Assembly: GCA_047288015.1 (NCBI GenBank) | Contig: CM103826.1 | Span: 3,853,510 to 3,917,509 of the forward strand | DNA from: Mactra antiquata | Taxonomy: Eukaryota | Reading direction: 5' to 3' | Length of the DNA stretch: 64,000 bases | Shown here: in pieces, positions 25,909 through 38,567 of the stretch | Layout of the letters: every line of letters starts with the position of its first letter | Position numbering within the stretch: position 1 is the stretch's first letter | The notes under the pieces: generated by a model | Seen by the model: the letters and a program-made list of their open reading frames with translations, nothing else | Told to the model about the DNA's origin: nothing | Database searches by the model: none | Made by a program: the position numbers and the translations under genes

Positions 25909-26153
25909 ATGTACCCCCCCCCCCCCAAAAAAAAATAATAAGAAAATAGTAGATAAATAAAACACGAATGATTATTTTGTCAAGTTATAAATTAACAGGT
26001 ATAAGATTTATACGCCTTAATACTTTTTGTGGCATATTCTACATTCCTATCACAATTTCAATGATATAAAATCCTTAACATATTTCAACAATAAATCATT
26101 GATGAATGTTTTGAAATGCATACACTTAGTGTAATTCTATATCTATATTGTAG

Positions 26154-26277
26154 GCTGTAACTCCATTGAAAGTTGTGGCCCCAAATTCAGCCCTTAGACT
26201 TCGTGCCATACTTGATTTTGAAGATGAATTAGGGGATAAGAGGACAGCTGGTGATGAATGGTTATTTGAGGGACCAG
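26154..26277 (+). CDS. MVP: Major vault protein, coding exon 3
   Basis: Acceptor tattgtag. Translation [41 protein letters not shown](G) matches human ...[24 protein letters not shown]. Donor GTTTGT, ending in phase 1. Confidence 0.85.
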
Positions 26278-26874
26278 GTTTGTAATTATCTTCTTTACTA
26301 CATGGAGCCTGTTCCGTGTGACTAGTGCTACGTAGCAATTTCCTATTAAACGGTCTGCTACTATGTAACAAATTGAGTTGCTAGCTATTGTTAGCTTCAA
26401 ACATAGCAAGTCTTTTTTCTTGCTAAACCGAAAACATTCAAAACACCTCAAAATGGCTGCCCCCATGGTGCACAGGTTTCTTTTTCAAGAATATTGACTT
26501 AATTCTTTATTTAATGCATAGATTTCTTCAGAGAAGTTAATGTTAATAAACCTCAAGCGTGGTGATAATTGATTAATGTATTTTTCATTTGTAACAATTC
26601 TGAACTTTTGTTTCTGGAAGTCACCATCTTGGATTTGCTAGCAAATCAAGCAAAACCTTTCCATAAAACTTGTATGATACAAAAAAGCACTTTGAAAAAT
26701 TGCTATGAAGCCACTCCTTACGGAACGGGCTCGTGGACAATACCTTCTAACTATTACATACAATTTCACGTTTTCATCAAGGGGGAAGGAGGCAAATATC
26801 TAAAAAAAACTTTCAATGCCTGTTTGTTGCTACCTGAAAGAAATTGATGACATGGCTTTTATGGTGCTTTTTGC

Positions 26875-27110
26875 TTCTCTTCCAACAATGTTTCAGTCAT
26901 CGTGACTGTCCGTCCACCTAGTCACTGACTCTGGTGAGGCTTAGATTGCTAGACCTAAGCCAGAACTATGCACATACCTATGCCATTGACTGGCAACTGC
27001 TCTACTTGATGCAAGTTTACAGGCCTTGTAGGCCTGGCCCAGGATTCAAACCCATGACTCTTGATCTGACAGTCAGATGTGCTGCCTACTAAGCTTACCA
27101 GGCAGCACAA
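26875..27110 (-). mobile_element. SINE, family F, with a tRNA-like head at the right end
   Basis: Sequence ...cagtcatcgtgactgtccgtccacctagtcactgactctggtgaggcttagattgctagacctaagcc...gcaactgctctacttgatgc... plus head (rc) tgctgcctggtaagcttagtaggcagcacatctgactgtcagatcaagagtcatgggtttgaatcctgggcc. Confidence 0.75.
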
Positions 27111-27646
27111 AGGTTAGAAATGGTTAGCAGATATTGAATTCTTTGCACTTCTCTAACTAAATGGTTTGACAAATGTGACTAAAGTTTTCCTCTTGTCAGT
27201 GATATTGATGTAAGTTCATATACATGAGAGGTGGTTGTAGACAGGTACTACTGTATTCTTACATAATATGTCTAGAAGTAAGTTGTTTAATTGGAAATGT
27301 CAATTTCTAGATCAGTGTGGGAAATAAGACAGTTTCAATATGAGTAGATTGATTTTTGGAAACTTCTTACGCCAAAGTGATTGTCTGAGCCATTGCCGGA
27401 TGACTACAATTCATTTCACTAACCAATTACAAAACCAATCACAATCCTAAGGAGCAAGGCTATTGTCTAGAAATTTTCGAAACACATGTAAAAAAAACAT
27501 TGAAAACTATATTCAGAATAATAATGGCTGTGTCTGGACGACCTTCCTTCCCCCCTCAGGAAAAAATCATTGATAGAACTTTCCTGCGCCCACTCTGAAA
27601 AAAATCTGGACCCACCCCTGAAAACCAATAATGTTTTATATTTTAG

Positions 27647-27999
27647 GTACATACATACCCAGGAAAGAGGTTGTTGTTGAGGAAACAGTTAGATCTACTG
27701 TTATCAAACCAAATCAAGCCATCCGTCTACGTGCACGTAAAGAATGTACCGATAGGGAGGGTAATGCTCGGGTAACCGGTGAAGAATGGGAAGTGAAGAA
27801 AACCGGAGCTTATCTTCCCGGAGCTTACGAGGAAGTTGTTGATATCGTCAATGCTTATGTATTAACAGAGAAGAAAGCCCTTCATATGAGATCCCTTAGA
27901 ACATTTAAAGATGATTTTGGTGTAACAAGAAAGAATGGTGAAGAATGGCTGATCACCATGGATATGACAGAGACACATATTCCCAATGTTTATGAAGAG
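27647..27999 (+). CDS. MVP: Major vault protein, coding exon 4
   Basis: Acceptor tattttag. Translation (G)[117 protein letters not shown] is collinear with human [33 protein letters not shown]...HVPDVHEE. Donor GTAAGG. Anchored by ORF 27631-28047. Confidence 0.9.
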
Positions 28000-28199
28000 G
28001 TAAGGGTCTCTAAGACCCCCACTAGGGGTACTGTTTCTTTCCTTTAGCTAGAAATAAGCCTGTGATCGCTACACTCCACCTTGGTGTAAAAAGACACTGT
28101 GACGGTCGCCTGCTTGAAAGTGATTTCGATGAACAGGGGTTATCGTAAAGTTGGCTAAACATGTTATGCAAGCAGACTTTAAATTGAACATTAACTTTT

Positions 28200-28440
28200 A
28201 AGCTTACTGGATTTCTAATCTGGCAATCTGAGTTTGAATCTTGATTGCAGTAGATTGTACCCTTCTATAAAATGTTCAACAATAATGAAGATTTTTCTCC
28301 GTATAGGGAGAAGTTGTCAGTCCCTTGTAGAATAGTAAGTGAATGCTGCTAAAAAGGACATTAGGAGAGCTAGTTACGTAAGTTGACTGCCTTAAATGTG
28401 GAAGAAAATGGCTAAACTAAGTAACAAACAATCAAGCAAA
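28200..28440 (+). mobile_element. SINE, family D, diverged copy (MVP intron 4)
   Basis: Body motifs ...ttttctccgtatagggagaagttgtcagtcccttgtagaatagtaagtgaatgctg...gagagctagttacgtaagttgactgcc. Confidence 0.7.
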
Positions 28441-28612
28441 CAAAAGTTAAACCATTATGACTTGTTTTTCCTTATAGCGCCTTACTATATGTGGGTAGTC
28501 TTAAAATATTGCCTTACTATATGTGGGTAGTCTTAAAATAACTCGAGAGTTGTTTTTGTTCCTTATATTATATTCTGTATAATACGAATATTTGACTATT
28601 TTTATTTTCTAG

Positions 28613-28723
28613 GTTGTGGGCGTGGTTAATATCACATCACTTAGCAACAGACATTACTGTGTTATCTTAGATCCTGTTGATGAGAAAGGAAGACCACAAT
28701 TAGGTAGAAAGAAGTTAGTTAAG
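28613..28723 (+). CDS. MVP: Major vault protein, coding exon 5
   Basis: Acceptor ttttctag. Translation [37 protein letters not shown] matches human [37 protein letters not shown]. Donor GTAGGT. Anchored by ORF 28616-28807. Confidence 0.9.
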
Positions 28724-29149
28724 GTAGGTGAATTTACTTTTATGGCCATCTTTAAAAATGGTTGTTTGCAATATACTGGTCATTTTTCTGAATTTGCAAT
28801 TACCTGACCAACTTTCATGCACTAATTTGCATTGACGCATTGGCAAAAAGGTTGTCCTATAAGTTTTTAATTTGCCCGTCATTGAAGGTCATTTTCATGA
28901 ACACCGATGGCAGGCTGCTGGAGGGCTGGCTAGCTTGATGTGCAGGATGGTCCGTCTTCTAAGTCAGAGTTTACAGCCTATCTTCACCTTACCCAGCAGA
29001 TTATTTGTGGCCTTGATAGCCTGGATGAGTTCAACAATCAGAACAATATACCTGGGGATATCAGAGTTACAGCCCTTGAACTGCACAACAAGAATATTTT
29101 GTGACATTTTATCTCCTTCTTTCCACAAATTATAAATGAAGAAATATCA

Positions 29150-29322
29150 CTACAGTAAAGTTCCACTATTAAAGTTACCTTGGTTATTTCAAAATTATGC
29201 GATTTTGACAGTGATTAAGACCCAAAATTCTTAATTTGTGAAGAAAAGGGTCCCTATAATAAGAATGTTTCGCTATTAAGACCATCAATTTTGCTGGTCA
29301 TAATAGTGGAACATTACTGTAT
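29150..29322. mobile_element. MITE family 1 copy (MVP intron 5)
   Basis: Sequence cTAcagtaaagttccactattaaag...cataatagtggaacattactgTA has the same internal sequence (ttaagacccaaa.tcttaatttgtgaagaaaagggtccct.taataaga..gtttcgctattaagacc). Confidence 0.85.
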
Positions 29323-30060
29323 CTATGTATTGACGCCAATAATGGGTCGTATTACTGCAAACAAACTGTTTTTGAGGTTGGCCAATTATAACGTAAAACA
29401 GTTAAATTGAATATTCACGATGTTTAAAATTATATGAATTGAATGTTTTTGAAGTAAAATTTACCGTATGTTACAACAGTTTCTGTCACCTATTACAAAC
29501 TTGATAGACATTTAGAGGAATCTTCATAGATTGGTTTTAAACTTTCTCTGTCATTGTCATTTGTCTATCTGTACCATTTAAATATATCAGATGTAGTTTC
29601 AATCAACATTGTTACGAAAGAGTCCTTATCACAAATCTGCATATTCATAGTGCCTTTATTCACTGTCAAATAGTACCTGTATATCATTGTGACAAATAAA
29701 CTAGAATTTGTAAATTAACTGGTAGTCAATCTGATTAAAATCTGATCTTATGTGCACTACCACTACGTGATCTGAAGGTCCAGCATTAATATGCATGTTA
29801 GCGTAAATTGTACCTGAAAGTAGGGGTTTCACTTTCGCCTGACTATAAATGACGTCAGAATCACCTGAAGCTGGACTGAAATATCCGATTTGATCGAAAA
29901 TCTGTGTCTCTGGAGTCTTACATTTACCTGTTGATCTGAAGAAGTTATGATTTGGAGGTTTTCAGTAGTTGAAGGTTTCATGTGACCGACAATGAGTGCA
30001 AATAAAATATCAATTGTACATGACATATGAACGAGAGCCATCAGATCTACTGTAAGGTAG

Positions 30061-30343
30061 TGGAGCTACATAGTTCGGTATCGCACAAGTCTACTGATCG
30101 AGGGGACATGGGTCGATTCCCAGGCGGGGGATACTTTAGTGGAGCTTGGTCGTGAAATAATTTCTATGGCCATTCTCCCTGCTACCACTGATTCTAAATC
30201 ATGTAGGGCAGTTGTCTGTCACTGACGAAAGGATGCGCCTAGTAATTGGTTAACAGCTAAATCCAGAGCTTTGGCCTTTCCTGGAACGGTGAGTAGGTTG
30301 ACTGACCGCTGTGATATGACCTATACAACGTGTTGCTACGGCT
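30061..30343 (+). mobile_element. tRNA-derived SINE, family A, with a degenerate head
   Basis: Body matches family A (ccattctccctgctaccactgattctaaatcatgtagggcagttgtctgtcactgacg...); the head is mutated or truncated. Confidence 0.8.
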
Positions 30344-31074
30344 TTCCAAAAAGAATAAAAACAGATATTAGTCTGATTTTAATGAGATTGGATATTAGTT
30401 AAAATGGTTAATGTCTTTCATTTTAGGGAGGAAATGAGGTAATAAAACGAGTGTTTGCATACTATGAGCTTTCATTTGTTATATATATACCATAGACTTT
30501 GTCTGCTATTATCCTCAATTTTCCTGATATAGAAATAATGAAGTTAACATTCACTTTAAGCGCTTTCGCTTTACTGTTCAATCATACTGTGACTTGAATG
30601 CTCAAGTTTGTATCTTCAAGTATATTAATAATCACATAGCTAAGTATAAAATTGTACTTGTTGATTAAACCTGAAGAAAGAGGAAAGCACACTTATTGTT
30701 ATAGATCTATAGCAAAGAATTTCACTCATAAATTATATTACTGTAACCAGATTATACTTAGGAAGTCAATATGAACACATTGTGGTCTAACAGTGAATTA
30801 ATCATTGTTTGAAGTTATATCCATAGTGATGTAACCGTTTGGATTTCAGATGCATAGTGGCTAATTATCTTGCATTTGAAAGACAAACAATGATTTAAGC
30901 ACTGTAAGATCATGTCAGGTGGAAAACTGTTTTCATTCTAACTCTAAAATTGCTCGCACAAAAAGGTTCCAAAATTGAATATCTTTTTGCTCATAGTTTT
31001 ACTAAGCTGAAGAATAGCAAGAAATAACATCATGATTTTACTGTTGATAAATCACAGCAATACACTTTTTCTCT

Positions 31075-31400
31075 CTGTTAATGTTAGAATTGCCTCTCGG
31101 TTAATGTTAGAATTGCCTGAACACAATGCAATATTTGAAGTCATTAAAACAGATGATTTATGCAAGTTCCATGCTTTGGGTTGAATTAAAACTGATAATT
31201 TATGCAAGTTTTCACACTTTGGGTTGAATTAAATTAGATGAATTATGCAAGTTTTCACACTTTGGGTTGAATTAAATTAGATGAATTATGCAAGTTTTCA
31301 CACTTTGGGTTAAATTAAAACAGATAACTTATGCAAGTTTTCACATTTTGGGTTGAATTAAAACTGATGACTTATGCAAGTTTTCAAGCTTTGGGTTGAA
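31075..31400. repeat. Tandem repeat with a ~53-bp unit (ttatgcaagttttcacactttgggttgaattaaattagatgaa), about 6 copies, in MVP intron 5
   Basis: Direct reading of the repeated gcaagttttcacactttgggttgaattaaa blocks. Confidence 0.9.
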
Positions 31401-31963
31401 TACAATGTAATTAGTTTTGATCATTCACATACACAATATAATGACATGCTTGATCATATGACTGCTAACTTTATGATTTACCAGATAGTTAGGTATACCA
31501 TGATAACTTGTTTCCATTTTAATTGTGTTAAATGTAATATTAGGTTCAAGTTTGGGGTTTGCTAACTATATGTTTTCCTATATTAACTGACTGTGATGTT
31601 TAGCTGCATCTCATTGCGACCTTTAAATTAACAATTTTACCCTTGTTTTAAATTGACCTATATTATTGCTAGTGCAACCCTTTTTTCAATTCCAATATCT
31701 ACCAGAAAACTGACCTAATGACCTTTCTCATTTGATCATTAGTGCCACCATCTTGTATGGCCATGCTTAGGTGTATACATTGATGGGTGATGGTATTTTC
31801 TAGCTGTATACATGGTAGTTTCATTGACTTAGTGTGTGTCAGAAAATATTTGGCTATGTACATTTGTATTTGACTTGCCTTCAGAAAATAGTGTACACAT
31901 TTTTAACATGACAATTTGAGCAAAAGTGGAAATAGTAATTTTACTTTACATGTATAATTTCAA

Positions 31964-32239
31964 GCCTGCCTGGCTAGCTCAGTCGGTAGCGCACAAGTCT
32001 ACTGATCGAGGGGTTCGATTCCCAGACAGGGTGGAGTTTGGTCATGAAATCACTTCTACAGCCATTCTCCCTCCTACCACTGATTCTAAATCATGTAGGG
32101 AAGTTGTCAGTCACTGACGGAAGTATGCGTCTAGTAACTGGTTAACAGCTAAATCCAGAGATGTAGCCTTTCATGGAACTGTTAGAAGGTTGACTGACTA
32201 TACTGACACTTTACAATGTGTTGCTATGGCGTTAAACCC
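31964..32239 (+). mobile_element. tRNA-derived SINE, family A, with a small deletion in the T-arm
   Basis: Head gcctgcctggctagctcagtcggtagcgcacaagtctactgatcgaggggttcgattcccag... plus the body to ...ctatggcgttaaaccc. Lies in MVP intron 5. Confidence 0.85.
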
Positions 32240-32394
32240 AACCAAAAAAAATGTATATAATTTCAAGCTATTACTTTAAAGCTATAACACCCAAGTGTAC
32301 TCTGGGACTTTATGGTTTTTATGAATTATGAATTAGTTGTGACTGATAATAAAGTAATTATTTATACATCACTGTTTTACATCTTGTAGATTAA

Positions 32395-32710
32395 AAATGC
32401 TTTTGCACCATTATTCAGCTTAGCAATCAGGGGCATTATGACCCCTGTGCAGTCAGGAACTATATGATCACTTGCAATTAGGGACATTATGACCCCTTGC
32501 AATCAGGGGCATTGTGACCCTGTGCAATTAGGGACATTATGACCCCTTGCAATCAGGGGCATTGTGACCCTGTGCAATTAGGAGCATTATGACTCTTTGC
32601 TATCAGGAGCATTATGACCCTGTGCAATAAGGAGCCTTATGATCTTTTGCTATCAGGAGCATTATGACCTTTTGCAGTCAGGGGCATTATGATCATTTGT
32701 AATTAGGGGT
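32395..32710. repeat. Tandem repeat with a ~30-bp unit (gcaatcaggggcattatgacccctgt), about 10 copies, in MVP intron 5
   Basis: Repeated aggggcattatgacc(c)(t)tgcaat(t/c)a units. Confidence 0.9.
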
Positions 32711-33561
32711 CATATATAAACTCAGTGCTAGTAGTTAGAGAGGTAGAAATAATAAGTGGCTTTGAGGAGTATTATATCTCTTAGCAGACTAACTTCATTA
32801 CAACATAAATGTTTATCAAGTTTGTTATAAGTGTCCAATATTTTCAATACTTTTAGTGTCTGTATTTAAAACATTTTTGTTGTTATTATTTTTGTTTCAT
32901 GAAAACAACATAAGTAATATAATTGTATATTGTAAATCTATTACTTTTTATTTGCTATTTTTTATATTTCTATATTTCTAGACAGGGCTCAAAAGATTGC
33001 TGTACTTGTGAAACAAAAAAGTATTTTGTTGAAAATCTCAAATCATCTGAAAATGCCCTTACCAATGGGTCCCATACAGTAGAGTGATTATTGGCTGATA
33101 TTTGATCCCAGGAATAGAACCAATGTTGTTTTAAATACTGAAATCCCTCATACATACCATGAATGAAGCTGCAATGTTTATTGAGCCCTGCCATTCTCAC
33201 AAGCCAGAGGTTAGAAGGTACTCAATTCTACGAGTAGATCGACTATGCTTTTATAACCTCTGGGTTCTAGAATGGAACCCTATTAGCTATGTTTTTCATT
33301 TATATTTCTTTAATCCCGTAATGCAAAAAGGTACCAAATGGTACTTCAGTGTAAATACTAGATGGATTTTTTTTTGCATTTAGGGGGCAAATTATGTACA
33401 CATTAAAGTGCTGCACTTTTAACTTGCCTTTGTGGATAAAAAATTTTGTACAATCAAACTGACAAAAAAAAGGCAAGTTGAAAGTTGCTGCACTATAATG
33501 TAATATTTTTTGTTTGTGTAATGGTGTATTATATATTTATCATTTTTTAACTATCTTTCAG

Positions 33562-33681
33562 GGAGAGAAATCTTTCTTTTTGATGCCAGGTGAAAGATTA
33601 GAACGTGGAATACAGAATGTATATATATTAGGTGAAGATGAAGGTCTTATATTGAGAGCTAATGAAAGTTTTAAAGATGTG
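33562..33681 (+). CDS. MVP: Major vault protein, coding exon 6
   Basis: Acceptor tctttcag. Translation [40 protein letters not shown] matches human [33 protein letters not shown]... Donor GTAAGT. The preceding intron is 4.8 kb and is filled with SINEs and minisatellites. Confidence 0.85.
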
Positions 33682-34049
33682 GTAAGTTGATTTAGAATTT
33701 GTAGTTGTCTCCCTTTGAATACTCTCTGATAGGAAGATGTAGTATAATGTGTTTGATCAATTTGATGAGCCACCCTGGTTTGAAAAATTCAGCATTAGTG
33801 TTGATTTTTCTCAGTATAAGAAGTTTTCTTTACTCTTTGGCAAAGGGAAAGAGAGTATTGGTACAAGAAAACTATCCTGGAAAGCTAGTTAGGAAAAGCT
33901 GTCTGCTAAAACTAATCAGAAATTAAAAATTGTTGATCAATGACACTAATCCAAATAAAATAGAAAAAATATTAAGAATTTGAAGAAATGTAAGTTAAAT
34001 TATGAACCTCATGTTTTCAATGCTCTGTTTTACTAATTTTTCTAGCTGT

Positions 34050-34265
34050 GGCCGTGGCATAGTGGTTAGCATGTCTGACTTCTAATCCAGAGATCGCGGG
34101 TTCGACATCGGTCGCGGCAGGTCATACCCTAAACATGAGTTGTCAGCCTTGTGGTAAGGTAAATTAATACTTGTGATAGAAAAGTGTCCAGGAAACCTAT
34201 AGTAGGAAGAGCTGGCCGTCGTATATATAACCAAAAAAATGAGTTGAATACAATGTTAAAACCAA
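34050..34265 (+). mobile_element. tRNA-derived SINE, family E, second copy (MVP intron 6)
   Basis: About 90% identical to 5762-5985. Confidence 0.85.
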
Positions 34266-34295
34266 TTTAAAAAAATACTACTTTTCTCCACTCAG

Positions 34296-34445
34296 GATGT
34301 TGACAGAAAACCAGGAGATAGATGGATGATTCGGGGACCTAAAGAATATGTACCGCCTGTAGAGGTAGAAGTTGTAATGAAGAGACAAGCTATACCATTA
34401 GATGAAAATGAGGGTATCTATGTCCGTGATGTAAAAACTGGAAAG
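34296..34445 (+). CDS. MVP: Major vault protein, coding exon 7
   Basis: Acceptor ccactcag. Translation [50 protein letters not shown] matches human ...[44 protein letters not shown]. Donor GTATGT. Confidence 0.9.
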
Positions 34446-35194
34446 GTATGTTTATTATACTAGGAGCATTTTGTAGGCTTTGTACCAAACCAATCTCATG
34501 GGGCCCAGAATTACTGTCTCAAAAAATCTTATAACTGTTGTAAGTCCATTAAATGATTTAGTCACTATGGATCAGTTGTCTACCCTTCGTTGATTGATAA
34601 AGAGGTGATGTTAATAAGGGGAACAATCCATGCTTTTTTACTTTAAATGTAGTTGTATTGATTACCTCCCTTGGATTTTGTGTTCAATTTTTACTCTTCA
34701 GTATTATTTTATGACTCCCATCATATATTTTACAGTGAGCTCTGTTTTCATCCAGTGAGTACTTGGTACCAGTTGTTATATGTTAATAACAAGTTTTTTC
34801 TTTATTTCGTTTCAATATGGGAATTTTGGGCTAGTGAATGTCAGCTTCAGACCTGTGGACAAGTGGAATAAATAGTATTCCTTATTCTTGTTCTGTTAAT
34901 CAAGACAATTCTTTAACTAGTCTGTGGTGTTCTTTTATTTCAACTCCTTCATAATACATTCAAACCTGAGTTAGCAGTTACTTGTATTAAGCAAAGTCTG
35001 GACTGAAGTAGCAAGGAAAAATATCACCAGTCTTGAATTTAGTTCTGTTTTACACCTGTATTAAGTAGTCAACCATCTTGAGAGGTCATTTTTCACGATT
35101 CCCTTGTCTGGTTGCATAACACAGATTTGTCTGTATTAAAACTTGATTAGTGTATTCAGCTTTAACAATGTATGACTCATATTTCTATCTATAG

Positions 35195-35433
35195 GTTCGT
35201 GCTGTTACTGGTGAGACTTACATGTTGAATCAAGATGAAGAACTCTGGGCTAAGGAATTACCACCTGCAGTAGAAAATTTATTAATGGCTGCTAAAGATC
35301 CCCTTGCTGATAGAGGTGATAGGGGTCGTTCATCAGGGGAGGGAAAAGCTAGAGATAAAACTCGTGTGATTACTTTCCGTGTCCCCCATAATGCAGCTGT
35401 TCAGATTTATGATTATAAAGAAAAACAAGCTAG
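35195..35433 (+). CDS. MVP: Major vault protein, coding exon 8 (ends phase 2)
   Basis: Acceptor tctatag. Translation [79 protein letters not shown](R) matches human [31 protein letters not shown]...[19 protein letters not shown]. Donor GTACGT. Anchored by ORF 35222-35554. Confidence 0.9.
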
Positions 35434-35589
35434 GTACGTATTGATGTTAAGCATTTTTTTTTTGATAGTCTTAAAGTTTGCAAAACACACAAAAATTTAC
35501 AGGAAGTGCATTCATATTACAAACCATGTCTATCGGCTTAGCATTTTTGGCTGATATTATTATAGACCTGCAATATTGGATTTAACAAT

Positions 35590-35830
35590 AGTATTGGGAC
35601 CTACATACCTTTATGGAGTTTGGTCATTAATTTTTTTCTATGGCCATTCTCTCCGACTACTGTATCAAGTACATGTAGGGAACTTGCCAGCCACTGGTGA
35701 AGGTATGTGCTTAATACTGGTTAAAAGCTTGGGTCTAGAGATCTATGCTTCTCCAAGGACAGTGATTAGATCAACTGACTGCAGTGATATCACTAAAAAA
35801 ATTGTCGAAAAACAGCATAATGTACCATAC
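35590..35830 (+). mobile_element. SINE, family C, in MVP intron 8; it is fused by the ORF finder to exon 9
   Basis: Body ...ggagtttggtcattaatttttttctatggccattctctccgactactgtatcaagtacatgtagggaacttgccagccactggtgaaggtatgtgcttaatactggttaaaagcttgggtctagagatc... plus the C-type tail. It accounts for the N-terminal two thirds of ORF 35576-36124. Confidence 0.75.
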
Positions 35831-35922
35831 ATTATATTACATACAGGTCAAATTTTTTTCAAGCTTCAAATTTCCACACCTACATGTACATATTCTAACT
35901 GTATTTTATTATATAATTTCAG

Positions 35923-36120
35923 AGTGGTATTTGGTCCAGAATTAGTTATGTTAGGTCCAGATGAACAATTTACTCAGTTAAGTTTGTCTGGTGGTAAACC
36001 GAAGAAACCCAATGCTATCAAATCATTATGTTTACTACTTGGTCCAGATTTCTGTACGGATATTATTGTAGTAGAGACATCAGACCATGCTCGTCTATCA
36101 CTTCAACTTTCATATAATTG
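35923..36120 (+). CDS. MVP: Major vault protein, coding exon 9
   Basis: Acceptor taatttcag. Translation (R)[65 protein letters not shown](W) matches human [66 protein letters not shown]. Donor GTAAGT. Anchored by the 3' part of ORF 35576-36124; the 5' part of that ORF is intronic SINE. Confidence 0.9.
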
Positions 36121-37170
36121 GTAAGTTATATAATTATCTTAAATTTGTTAATATTAAAAGGCTTTTATGAATACAATATACGCAGCATAAGTGGTCACCT
36201 AGAATCGGCAGTTATAGTCCGATTTTATTCTGTGAGCTACAAAGATTGGGAAAGGCTAATCATAACTGTGACAAGAGGTATAATCCGATAAAACAACATT
36301 GTAAACCTATTCCTACTGCTAAATTAATACACGTTTGTGTTACCTTTATTAGGAATGTTCAAAAAAACTATCAATATAGAAGTACAATAAAGGCTCTCTG
36401 AATCAAATCGGACTATACCTGCAGTGAGCAGTCAATGTGGCTTTCTCCAGAGGGAAATTGTTCTTTAGCTACTGGAATAAGCGGTCACCTGCTGTGTGTG
36501 GCGAGCGGTCAGCCATTTACGTACAAAAACATCAGTGTACCCGTATTAAGCTGTCACAGTTGACAGCGGTTTTAAAATCTCAAAATTGACAAAATTTTAT
36601 GGTCTTATTCTAATGACTGCACCTTAGAGAGATTTTATGAAAATCACTCATTGATAAAATAAGCATCATTGATCATGAATCACCAGTCTGATGAAAATCA
36701 GCTTACCAAAGCATTATTTATCTACATGTATGACATCACCTGATACAGATTTTTTTGTGTAGAGTACACAATGTGTATTACACAAATAGAAAATTACATA
36801 CATAGAAATTACATAAATATCATATTAATTTTCTATGGACTTCTTCATTTTGTGTGACATTGGTATAGCCAGGAGTGGCCCAGATTTTTTTCCCAAGGGG
36901 TTGTGTAATAGTTTTTCCAGGAGGGGGGGAGATTTTAGATAAAATTTTGAACAGCATCCTTTTTTGGCATATACACCAAAAATGAATGCTTTTTAGCAAT
37001 GTTAACTCCAATGAGGGGGGGGGGGTAAAAGGCATAATTTACAAGTTCTGGGGAGGAGGTCCAGTTTCCCCCCCCCCATCTGCTAGGCCTTATAGTTGTT
37101 CTCTTTAGTTCATCTTTTCATTGTTTGGAGATTATTGATTGTAAATTAATGTTTGTATTTGATATTTCAG

Positions 37171-37315
37171 GCATTTTGAAGTCAAGAACAAAGATGATAC
37201 AACTGATGCAGCTAAACTATTTAGTGTACCAGATTTTGTTGGTGATGCTTGTAAAGCCATTGCTTCACGTGTTAGAGGAGCTGTGGCACAAGTTGCCTTT
37301 GATGACTTCCATAAG
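37171..37315 (+). CDS. MVP: Major vault protein, coding exon 10
   Basis: Acceptor gatatttcag. Translation (W)[48 protein letters not shown] matches human [48 protein letters not shown]. Donor GTAAAT. Position anchored to ORF 37125-37319, which is in another frame. Confidence 0.9.
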
Positions 37316-37798
37316 GTAAATATTACATTCCCTTAGCTAGAGATAAAATTAAATGAATACAATCGACTTGTGTTGTCAATGAGCATTCATTGATTTTACC
37401 CCACACCATTTTGTTTCTGTACTTTAGCCAGAGAATATATCTTCCTAAAAGAATTTCAGCCATAAGCGTCCAATTGTAGAGCAGGTTCGGGTATTAGTGG
37501 ATAGTGGACACTTAAGCAATTTTCTAAACGGTGACTTTCACTTTTAATTTAGGTTTGATATATTTCAAATTTAAGACACTTCACTTTGAAGCGTCGGGTA
37601 TTATTGAACAAAAACATTAAATAAACCCATTTAAATGCAATGTGCCTCTCTACCATACTTTACCTTTTGTCGGCAACTATTGAAGCATTCTGGAGTTAGT
37701 GAACATGGCGTCTGTTCTTTGTATGTCTACATGTAATATCCCTTTATATTTACTGAATTTGCTATGTATATTTTATATCTTTCCAATTTTTATTTCAG

Positions 37799-38010
37799 AA
37801 TTCAGCTCGTGTAATCAGATCATCCGTGTTTGGTTTCGATGAAAAAGACAAAGTTCGTGATATGTTTAGATTTAATCAAAATAATTTGGTTATTACAAGT
37901 ATTGACATACAATCTGTCGAACCAGTAGATCAACGTACCAGAGATTCCTTACAGAAGTCTGTACAACTTGCTATTGAGATTACAACTAACTCACAGGAGG
38001 CTGCTGCTAG
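37799..38010 (+). CDS. MVP: Major vault protein, coding exon 11 (ends phase 2)
   Basis: Acceptor tttatttcag. Translation [70 protein letters not shown](R) matches human NSARIIRTAVFGFET...[42 protein letters not shown]. Donor GTATGT. Anchored by ORF 37826-38029. Confidence 0.9.
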
Positions 38011-38310
38011 GTATGTGGCTACTGCTTAAATATCAACCTTTAGACTGAGGTACAGAACAACCACTCATTCTGGTACATGTAATCTCCGCCCTGAATACAT
38101 TATTACAGAAAGTTGATGTTACAAAAATGTGCACAACTTGTTCTGGAGATGACAACTGAATTACAGAAACTTGCTGCCATGTTAAACATTTATTTACTTG
38201 CCCTTATGACATTATCAAGTTTTAATGTATAATCTTATCAGTAGGACAAACAATGTATGTATATTACAGTCTTCACCTTACCTTACTAGTCCAAAGCCTA
38301 GGAGACCTGG

Positions 38311-38567
38311 GTCCATGGCCCAGTGGTAACACATAGAATTTTGAATCTAGTGTTCCGAAGGGGTAACTGGTTATACCATGCCATGAAAAATTGACAATAA
38401 TGTCGAGTTTCCTTTCATTAATAAGACACAAGAAAAAGTTGTAATCCTTGTGGAACGGTAGGTGAGTACTGGTTACAGACCTGAGTCCAGGAAAGCTAAG
38501 TTATGTGAGCTGGTTGCCGTAATATGACCATAATTTGTGTTAACATGGCGTTAAACCCAACTAACCA
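38311..38567 (+). mobile_element. SINE, family D (MVP intron 11)
   Basis: Runs cccagtggtaacacatagaattttgaatctagtgttccgaaggggtaactggttataccatgccatgaaaaattgacaataatgtcgag...ggcgttaaaccc. Confidence 0.85.

Noticed and set aside
35576-36124. 182-aa ORF that would suggest one long exon
   Set aside because: Its first ~115 codons are an intronic family C SINE read in-frame by chance. Only the last 66 codons (35923-36120) are MVP exon 9, which is entered via an acceptor.
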